Of a DNA stretch of 64,000 bases, positions 9,570 to 16,460 are shown piece after piece. Source of the stretch: Turneriellaceae bacterium. Lineage in GTDB: Bacteria; Spirochaetota; Leptospiria; Turneriellales; JAOUFE01. Numbering within the stretch: the first letter of the stretch is position 1; each line of letters opens with the position of its first letter. The notes under the pieces were generated by a model that was not told where the DNA came from, did not search any database, and saw only the letters and a list, made by a program, of their open reading frames with translations. The translations under genes were made by a program, and so were the position numbers. The stretch covers positions 143,833 to 207,832 of the forward strand of contig JBNLDQ010000003.1 of the NCBI GenBank assembly GCA_050304475.1, read 5' to 3'.

Positions 9570-10225
9570 TGGAAATGATACATAGAACGAGCCGCCGCAT
9601 AGGCTTTGCGCTTTTGCGCAGGTGCGTTAAAAACGTGAAAGCAGAGACAAAAAATCACCCGCAAGCAATATCATTTTGCTTCTCGGCGATAGCCATGATT
9701 TTTGTTTTGTTTTATTCCCCGTCAGACAAAGCGGTAAAAGACCGCGACATCGCCAATGCGTTTCGCATGGTCAATATCGAGAAAATCGCTTTACCGAAAA
9801 GAAAGACAAAAAAACAGATCGACGTAAACGCGGAAAAAGAGACGGTTCCCGATGAGACCGAACGCGCCGAAGGGTTGAGCGAGTCCGAAGACGCGGTAGA
9901 CCTCTCTTTTTTTCCGAATGTTGTCCCCCCTCGCCCGGTCGGAAAACTGCAAAAAATTTACCCGGAAGAGGCGCGCCGGCGCGAGGTAGAAGCGACAGTC
10001 TACGTCAGATTGTTGATCGGTAAAAAGGGCGAAGTACAAACGGCGCAAGTGTTAGCCACCCATTTGAGCAAATCTCTCCCCCAGGATGCAGCCGAAACGC
10101 TAAAGGCAAAGTTTGCCGGGGCCGCCGTGAAAATATTACAAAATGCAAGATTCAGCCCGCCCATTGTCGACGGGAAACATGTATCTATTGTAATGGAGAT
10201 GCCGTTAAAATTTGAGTTAAATTAA
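9566..10225 (+). CDS. tonB: TonB-family energy transducer (C-terminal TonB domain)
   Basis: ATGA overlap with the upstream exbD. One N-terminal TM and a charged linker. C-terminal PPRPVGKLQKIYPEEARRREVEATVYVRLLIGKKGEVQTAQV...FSPPIVDGKHV is typical of the TonB C-terminal domain. Confidence 0.8.
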   Translation: MMEMIHRTSRRIGFALLRRCVKNVKAETKNHPQAISFCFSAIAMIFVLFYSPSDKAVKDRDIANAFRMVNIEKIALPKRKTKKQIDVNAEKETVPDETERAEGLSESEDAVDLSFFPNVVPPRPVGKLQKIYPEEARRREVEATVYVRLLIGKKGEVQTAQVLATHLSKSLPQDAAETLKAKFAGAAVKILQNARFSPPIVDGKHVSIVMEMPLKFELN

Positions 10226-10251
10226 ACGAAATGACAGCCGTTTTTTGTCGC

Positions 10252-11127
10252 TCATGCATGATCATAAAAAGCCAACACTTCGGCAGCCCTTTGCGAAACA
10301 AAGGCGCTGCCTTCTTTTTTCGCCAACGGAATGATTGTGTTGTTTATTTTTCTTTCAAGATCCCAGCCGGCGTTGGGCTTGCGCTTGCTTCGCAACAGGT
10401 CAAGCGCCCTGCTTAACCGTATCTCTTTTACATTTTCTCTTTTCAGCAGCCACAAAATTTCAAGAAAATCGGATTGATACATATTCGGGAAAGTCAGCTT
10501 TTTAATGTTCGTATGCAGAAAGTTTGATTTTTCATGAGAAGAAAAACAAACCTCATGGCGCAAAATAAAATCAATGCAATTGCCCAGCAAACGCTGCGCG
10601 CTCTTTGTTCTGTTTTTGCGCGGAACAAATGATAAACCTTTCAGAAGTTTTACAACCCCCCAAAAACAGGTATGCCTGCCATAGCAACTCCGGTTAGAGT
10701 AATAAGGAGCGCCGGCCGGGGTTTTATAATCGCCGTCATCAAACCGTTGGTACAAAACAAAAAAATCAATCGCCTTGTTTACCGTTTCGGTCTGGTTCAT
10801 CTTAAAATATTGCAGCAGATAAATCATATTGCCATTTAAACACGGGATCGGAAAATGAGATTTGCCTATCGTAAAAATATTGTTTTTTTGATCGTAAAAA
10901 TGGTTTGCAATGGCTGTTAGCGGTTTTTTTAGTTTTTCATTTTCGGCCGGGCTTTGTATGTCGGCAAGAAAAATCAGGGTCCAAAGTGTGGCGCTATAGA
11001 CAGGGCTGTAGTGCTTAAACCCGGGGTACCCCTTCTCTTTTTCGTTGAGCACATTCCAGCAACCCGTTTCATCTTGCAATTTTATAATATCATTAGTGAT
11101 TTTTTCAATAAGAGAGTTCAGGTCCAT
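10252..11127 (-). CDS. Alpha/alpha-toroid-like (squalene-cyclase / prenyltransferase repeat-like) protein of unknown function
   Basis: N-terminal LQDETGCW fits the QW motif Q-x3-G-x-W, and C-terminal KPNAGWDL is a related repeat. Regularly spaced aromatic-rich helices (ATLWTLIFLADI, NGNMIYLLQYF, AIDFFVLYQRF, CFWGVVKLLKGL, SDFLEILWLLK). The functional assignment is tentative. Confidence 0.6.
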   Translation of the reverse strand: MDLNSLIEKITNDIIKLQDETGCWNVLNEKEKGYPGFKHYSPVYSATLWTLIFLADIQSPAENEKLKKPLTAIANHFYDQKNNIFTIGKSHFPIPCLNGNMIYLLQYFKMNQTETVNKAIDFFVLYQRFDDGDYKTPAGAPYYSNRSCYGRHTCFWGVVKLLKGLSFVPRKNRTKSAQRLLGNCIDFILRHEVCFSSHEKSNFLHTNIKKLTFPNMYQSDFLEILWLLKRENVKEIRLSRALDLLRSKRKPNAGWDLERKINNTIIPLAKKEGSAFVSQRAAEVLAFYDHA

Positions 11128-11265
11128 TTTTATATCGCCATTTTAAGCAAACCAAGACTCAAACGGCGTAAGGCGAATGTAAAGCGAAAATCAATATTGC
11201 AATGACCCCCGCATTCGTGAAGCCGTCTAATAGCAAACGTGGTCCTGCAAGCCGCTTCAGGTTGA

Positions 11266-12066
11266 TCATCCCTTTAACAAGGGCAACGCATTCATAAAAA
11301 CCGCCCCCGTAAGCCACGTTGTAACAAATACTACAATCGCGCCGCTTACCGGGAAAAAACTTTGAGCCGTTGTTACGGCGCCGGCTTCAACCATATGGCT
11401 TACGACAAGGCCCGAGATACTCATGCAAAGGGTCAGGTAAAAAAGAGAAACCGCCAACCCAACGGCCCGGGGGCGTGTACGCAGGTAAAATATAAGCGGG
11501 CGATATGGCGCTTTGGCGTAGAGCCGGGACAGAAAAGCTTCTCCGTCTTTTTGCGGGAAAGGGAGCAGCGCATAGAGAGCAATGAAATCAATGGCAATCA
11601 TGGCCGCAATGGCAGGCGCGGTGGCAGGCCCGCCAAAGGCATAGCCAAAGGAAGCTGAAAGCGATGCAAAGAGCAGTTGAAAAAAAACGCCCGCCAACGG
11701 CAGGGTTACCGGTAGCATCGTATTTGTTTCCGTGTCTATCCGATATGACGAGATTGCGAACAGTTGAAAACCCTTCAGACAGATCATCGCTCGGTGGTCC
11801 TTGCGGTAGACGGAAGCAACGATATGACCCAACTCATGAACATACATTGAAATGATAATGAGCCCGGTCACGAGCAAGCCGGACAAAATAGAGCCCTCCA
11901 TGATACCGGCAAAGTGAACCCGAGACAGGAGATAACATTGTACGGCAACCGCCAGCGCAAGAAGAGGGGCGATCCTGTATTTTTGCAGCCAGGGCGAAAC
12001 CACGGGATAATAGCGAGATGGGTTTTGCAGCAAAAAAAGAATTTTTATCGTTTTATCGCTCATCAA
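11266..12066 (-). CDS. Polytopic membrane zinc metalloprotease, M50 / site-2-protease-like (candidate leader peptidase)
   Basis: HExxH within a TM helix (ISMYVHELGHIVASVY) and a downstream LLPFPQKDGE resembling the S2P NxxPxxxLDG motif. Six or more hydrophobic segments. Confidence 0.75.
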   Translation of the reverse strand: MMSDKTIKILFLLQNPSRYYPVVSPWLQKYRIAPLLALAVAVQCYLLSRVHFAGIMEGSILSGLLVTGLIIISMYVHELGHIVASVYRKDHRAMICLKGFQLFAISSYRIDTETNTMLPVTLPLAGVFFQLLFASLSASFGYAFGGPATAPAIAAMIAIDFIALYALLPFPQKDGEAFLSRLYAKAPYRPLIFYLRTRPRAVGLAVSLFYLTLCMSISGLVVSHMVEAGAVTTAQSFFPVSGAIVVFVTTWLTGAVFMNALPLLKG

Positions 12067-12094
12067 CCTTTGGCCCCTCTTTTATAAAAGCGGT

Positions 12095-13552
12095 TCAACA
12101 AGCCTGCGAGCCCGCCTCTATAAAGCCTTTTTTAGCGCCTTTAGTCTCTTTGCAAGAGCAGCTCTTTCCTTTTTTCTCTTGCTTTTTCTCAAGCAGATGT
12201 TCGGCTTCTAAAAAAAGGTCGGGCGCTTTTGCCTGGAACGTTTCTTTAAATTCAAAACAGTGCGGCGCATTTAATTTACCGGAAGCCAACTCAGCCTGAT
12301 GAGCGCACCCGCCGGCGCAAAGAAAAATATATTCGCACTCCAGGCATTCGGGAATCGAAGCGGCGTCCCGCCCTTCCCATTCCTTGAGTCTTTCTTCCCC
12401 CAGGTTAAAATCAGGGTGGTAGAAACCGGTTTTGCGCTCCTGTACGCCAAGCTCGTCCCAGCAAGAGTAGATATTTCCGTCTGCGGCAAAAATGTACGTG
12501 TTCCGGTGCGCGCCGCACGGGTTCGCCTTAAGACCGGGGAACTTTGCATTTGAAAAGAGCAACGACTTGAAAACACCCAAAGAAGCAAAGCCGGTAGAGA
12601 GCATATTGGGTAAAATTTTTTCCCCCAGGCCTTCTATTGTTTTCTGCAAGCTCATCGGTGTAACGCGTTTTTTAGTCGCGGTTGCAGTGTGGGTGGGGTG
12701 CGCATATGGGCGGAAAAATTCATACTTATACCAACCTTGAGAAACATAAAACCGGTGCAGTTCTTCCAGTTTTTCGATATTATTGCTATCGACATTGCTT
12801 CGGACCGATACACTGCATCCTTTTTTAAGGGCAAGGTCGATGCCGTTACACACTTGTTGAAAAGATTTGCTCTTCTTTACGCCATAGCGCCGGTTGTCAT
12901 GAACTTCTTCGGGGCCATCCAGAGTAACCTGCATCGACCGGATTTTATCTTTACCCAAAAGATCTTCGTAATGCGGCAGGTCAACGCCGTTGGTTACGGC
13001 AAAAAAAGAAAACCCCAGAGAGTTCCCTTTTTCGAGAATATACTTTACCAGCTCATGATTCTCCGCCATCAAGGGTTCGCCGCCATACAGGGTAATTGTC
13101 TTTTCATGCTTCCGGTATTTTTTTGTTAGCCCGGTAATCGCTTTAAACATAGAGTCAACATGGGCTTTTGTCATCGTCTGGCGTTTTTCTTCGACGTTTT
13201 CCCGGATCACGGGTTTTTCATAACAATAGCTGCACCGCAGTTGGCACCCCAATGTCGGGGCGATAATGAAACCGGTCGTCTTTTGCGAACTTTGGTTGAG
13301 AAGCGTTGATATTTTTTTTACCAGCGCTTGCTCTTCGGAAACGCTTTTAGAAGTCAAATACCCGCGGGTAACCAGTTGCTTGACGGTACTCGGGTCAAGA
13401 TCATCCGGGCTATCGTTTTGAAGCGACTCCAGCACGGCAATATCCACCTTATCTACCGCGCCGGAATAGCCCTGGATCAAAACTCCGAATTTTTTTTGAA
13501 GCACAGGCGTATAGATATTATACGAGCTGGCTCGAAGCGCACTTACCTTCAT
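12095..13552 (-). CDS. Radical SAM / SPASM-domain peptide maturase
   Basis: CxxxCxxC cluster motif (GCQLRCSYC). GGEPL motif (LYGGEPLM). Complete SPASM pattern C-x12-G-x4-C (CGAHRNTYIFAADGNIYSC) then C-x2-C-x5-C-x3-C (CLECEYIFLCAGGC) with a later Cys (PHCFEF). About 95 aa of N-terminal extension before the rSAM core, RRE/PqqD-like in position. Confidence 0.9.
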   Translation of the reverse strand: MKVSALRASSYNIYTPVLQKKFGVLIQGYSGAVDKVDIAVLESLQNDSPDDLDPSTVKQLVTRGYLTSKSVSEEQALVKKISTLLNQSSQKTTGFIIAPTLGCQLRCSYCYEKPVIRENVEEKRQTMTKAHVDSMFKAITGLTKKYRKHEKTITLYGGEPLMAENHELVKYILEKGNSLGFSFFAVTNGVDLPHYEDLLGKDKIRSMQVTLDGPEEVHDNRRYGVKKSKSFQQVCNGIDLALKKGCSVSVRSNVDSNNIEKLEELHRFYVSQGWYKYEFFRPYAHPTHTATATKKRVTPMSLQKTIEGLGEKILPNMLSTGFASLGVFKSLLFSNAKFPGLKANPCGAHRNTYIFAADGNIYSCWDELGVQERKTGFYHPDFNLGEERLKEWEGRDAASIPECLECEYIFLCAGGCAHQAELASGKLNAPHCFEFKETFQAKAPDLFLEAEHLLEKKQEKKGKSCSCKETKGAKKGFIEAGSQAC

Positions 13553-13573
13553 TTTATACCATTTATATCGACT

Positions 13574-14053
13574 CTAATCAATGTCGACCAGAAGATCGTT
13601 TACGCCAATACCGATTTCACCGGGCTGCAAGCCGGTATTTGACGTCAATTGCTCTTCAAGCTCGGCCCATTTTTTATCTTTGCGGGCTTGTATCATTTTT
13701 TTCTTGTCATTGACCCTGGTAAAAGAAAGGTACAGCGGGGTCGGCCTGTCAAGGTTAGAGCTTTTTTTCACCAACCGGTAGACGCTGACCGAATCGATCC
13801 CTTCTTCATTGTCCAACCATGCAAGCGCATCGTTTACGGCTTTTTCCGTTTGAACCCTGTCGCCCTGTTTCGGGCTGATGGGCGTAATCACGGTAAAAGG
13901 GGTGAGATGCAAGACATCGCCGAGATCTTCCTTAATTTGCTTTTTCGCCGCCTGGCGGCTCTCTTCGTATACTTTTCTTTTTTTGGTCTGCCCTTCTTCT
14001 TTGTGAAGATTGAGGTGTTTGGTAATTTTATCAATGCGCTCTTTTCGTGCCAT
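13574..14053 (-). CDS. Hypothetical protein (159 aa), distant paralog of the 14511..14984 product
   Basis: Start moved to ATG 14053, which has SD AAGGA 7 nt upstream. The longer 14203 start would overlap the precursor gene by 98 nt. Lys-rich N-terminus. By-eye similarity to the 157-aa neighbour. Confidence 0.7.
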   Translation of the reverse strand: MARKERIDKITKHLNLHKEEGQTKKRKVYEESRQAAKKQIKEDLGDVLHLTPFTVITPISPKQGDRVQTEKAVNDALAWLDNEEGIDSVSVYRLVKKSSNLDRPTPLYLSFTRVNDKKKMIQARKDKKWAELEEQLTSNTGLQPGEIGIGVNDLLVDID

Positions 14054-14105
14054 ATTATTTTCCTTAATTATAAATGATGATTGCCAATTGTTTGCGCTTT
14101 TAACG

Positions 14106-14468
14106 TCAGCTGGAAGCCATAAAGCAATCGCTGCCGCAACTGCCAAAATCGACATAACATTGTGTGCCGCATTGCGAGCATATGTCACCAATGGCGCATG
14201 CATCGGCCGTACAGTTCGTTACGCAATCGGACATGCAAGAGCAGTCCATCATACATGAGAGGTCCATGCTACATCCGGTCGCAGTCGATGTTAAGCTGCC
14301 GGCCTCATCCGAAAAATCCAGGGGACAACTCGTGCTGATCGGTTCGATGCGCAATTGCGTTTGTTGAGAATCCCCGGAATCGAGCATTTGTTCAAGCTGC
14401 TCAACGCTGACATTGTCAAATAATGTTTTGTTTAACGGTTTTAATTGATTTTCGTTTTTCTTTTCCAT
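14106..14468 (-). CDS. Cysteine-rich RiPP precursor-like peptide (120 aa; 13 Cys in the C-terminal 73 residues; C-x-x-D/N repeats)
   Basis: SD GAAGGA 7 nt upstream of the ATG. Cys-free leader-like N-terminus MEKKNENQLKPLNKTLFDNVSVEQLEQMLDSG. Core SCPLDFSDEAGSLTSTATGCSMDLSCMMDCSCMSDCVTNCTADACAIGDICSQCGTQCYVDFGSCGSDCFMASS. Lies two genes upstream of the rSAM/SPASM gene. Confidence 0.8.
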   Translation of the reverse strand: MEKKNENQLKPLNKTLFDNVSVEQLEQMLDSGDSQQTQLRIEPISTSCPLDFSDEAGSLTSTATGCSMDLSCMMDCSCMSDCVTNCTADACAIGDICSQCGTQCYVDFGSCGSDCFMASS

Positions 14469-14510
14469 TCTTAATCCTTCGTTAATCGTTTGTTGCCGGT
14501 AATTCTGTCG

Positions 14511-14984
14511 TTAAATTAAACCTAGCAATGTTCCGTTGACAACAGATTGACCGTCGTCCATTTTTTTCTTCTCCGAACAAAGGGCCGAAATTTGTTTTTC
14601 AATTTGCGACAAGTTCGGGCTATTGGCCGCTTTTTTCATCGCGCCCCGGTGGCGTGCAATAATGATCATGACCAACTCGGGCTCTGCAAGCCGGTTGTTT
14701 TTCCCTTCATTCACCTTCTCATAGAGCATGACATAGTTAATGCTCTTTTCTTGTTCAAGAATAGCAACCGCCTCAACAAGCAAATCGAGAACATCTTGTT
14801 TTTTACCGTCAAGTGGCTGAAACGGCCACTTGTAAAAAACGGGAGATTTTTCCAGAATAAATTCGTAATCTTTTTTAATCTCCTTTGCGGTCTCTATTTT
14901 CGCTTCTTTGATAAAATCATCAAAACCGGGTTTACCGCGGTAATTGTCGATTTGCGTTTTTATGGTTTGCGCGTAGTCCTGCAT
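14511..14984 (-). CDS. Hypothetical protein (157 aa), first gene of the operon, distant paralog of the 13574..14053 product
   Basis: SD GGAGG 4-5 nt upstream of the ATG. No recognisable motif. Confidence 0.75.
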   Translation of the reverse strand: MQDYAQTIKTQIDNYRGKPGFDDFIKEAKIETAKEIKKDYEFILEKSPVFYKWPFQPLDGKKQDVLDLLVEAVAILEQEKSINYVMLYEKVNEGKNNRLAEPELVMIIIARHRGAMKKAANSPNLSQIEKQISALCSEKKKMDDGQSVVNGTLLGLI

Positions 14985-15412
14985 AGACCCTCCGAAATTA
15001 TTAACATTTATCTACGAAAGTGCTGTGTCTTTGCGGGTAAAAACAAAGACATACCAGATTTGACCAAGAGTTAAAAAAAAGAAAACATTTTAATACGTAT
15101 TTTGTTATTATTTCTGCGTATCATTTTACTTTTATCTTTAACTATATCGCTGTTGATATCATATTGGCATTAATCATAGACTGAGGATATATTTATCATC
15201 CCCCTGTGCCGGCACAACATTAATTTTAAAATTTATTAAATCCTTAGGAAAAAGAGTAAAAATGTCAATTTTTCTATTATAGTTTTAGAATTGCAGAATT
15301 GGCAAAGTTTCTCATTTGTGCCAGGCTGTGCCCGGCTGCAAAACGCACTCAAAATGGAGGAGGCCCGCCAGGCGTTTGAGAAATACTACGCGATTTCCGC
15401 GGGATCGTTTTT

Positions 15413-16177
15413 TTAGCACCCGCCGCCAATCGCGACGTACAGACCCATCTCTTGATCCGTTTCAATATGCAGACAATCGCCCTGATCTACGCACCCGTCA
15501 GGCGCACCGTAAATGCATTGATAGTAATGATCTTTCCAGTATTCGTCAGACTCCAGCTTGAATTCAAAATCTTTATACCGCGAGTCCATATTGACGCCAA
15601 TTAAAAATGCCTCTTGAAACGTATAATCGGGTAGATACAGGCGTTCGCCAAAAGACTCATATCCGGTATATTCGGACAAAATAATATTCTTCTCGAATTT
15701 TGTAATGAGTTGTTTCAAATAGGCATCGCTTTGCCGCTCTTCCGTGCCGCCTTCTTCAATAACATGGGTTTTCTCTGTTTGCCGAAAAGTTGCAAAGGCA
15801 TAGTCTTTTATCGATCGAATATCATATTTCGGGCCTTTTAAGCGTGATAAAAACCCTGAAAAGATATAACCCGTCTTACCCTCGAAATTTACTTTTGCCC
15901 AATAGTTTTCCAAACCTTGAAATGTGCTTTTTACTTTTGTAAATTCAAGCACCTGAACCGTTGCATTATACGGTAGCAAACCCCGTTTTTCGGATTTACT
16001 GTCCGGTTGCTTTCTAACGCTTAATCCCGAATGCGCTAAAACAAAGTATTGGCTTGATTGATAAAAACTTTTATCAGGCAGATTCGGTACAACCGGTTTT
16101 GCGCCGGTTATGACAAAAAAAGCGACAATAAAGAATGCCGGCATACCGGCCGATTTATACACTTTAGGATTTGCCAT
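15413..16177 (-). CDS. SH3b-domain-containing membrane-anchored or secreted protein
   Basis: N-terminal hydrophobic anchor (MPAFFIVAFFVITGA). Bacterial SH3-like segment GLSVRKQPDSKSEKRGLLPYNATVQVLE...YWAKVNFEGKTGYIFSGFL. Confidence 0.7.
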   Translation of the reverse strand: MANPKVYKSAGMPAFFIVAFFVITGAKPVVPNLPDKSFYQSSQYFVLAHSGLSVRKQPDSKSEKRGLLPYNATVQVLEFTKVKSTFQGLENYWAKVNFEGKTGYIFSGFLSRLKGPKYDIRSIKDYAFATFRQTEKTHVIEEGGTEERQSDAYLKQLITKFEKNIILSEYTGYESFGERLYLPDYTFQEAFLIGVNMDSRYKDFEFKLESDEYWKDHYYQCIYGAPDGCVDQGDCLHIETDQEMGLYVAIGGGC

Positions 16178-16460
16178 AATTTGCCATTGAGGTCATTTCA
16201 ATCGCCCCGCGCCAAAAAATCAAATTCCGGGTTGATGTCAAAATCAATTTTGCTTCTTCTTGCTGTGCAAAAACCGCAATGACACCCCATACAACGGCCT
16301 AACGCCCCGAAAAAAGGTTCATCTATGACGTAACAAAGACCGAAATATAATAGATAGAAAAAACTTGCGAGAAAAGATGCCGCTGATTTGTCGGGTGCAT
16401 GGTTGAGTTGGCGCAAGATTGGATTGACGAATGAGTAAAAATATGGCGGTTGGTTTATAG

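Noticed and set aside
14054-14203. The longer 209-aa version of the 13574 ORF, starting at 14203.
   Set aside because: It would overlap the Cys-rich precursor gene by 98 nt. ATG 14053 has a good SD (AAGGA), and the extra N-terminal residues look like off-frame reading of the Cys-rich region.
16198-16416. 72-aa minus-strand ORF with a TM-like segment and a CMGCHCGFC cluster, just upstream of the SH3b gene.
   Set aside because: It depends on a TTG start with no SD, and there is no ATG until residue 43. It lies in a divergent promoter region. Not supportable without expression data, but worth a glance in ribosome-profiling data because it is close to the RiPP-like locus.
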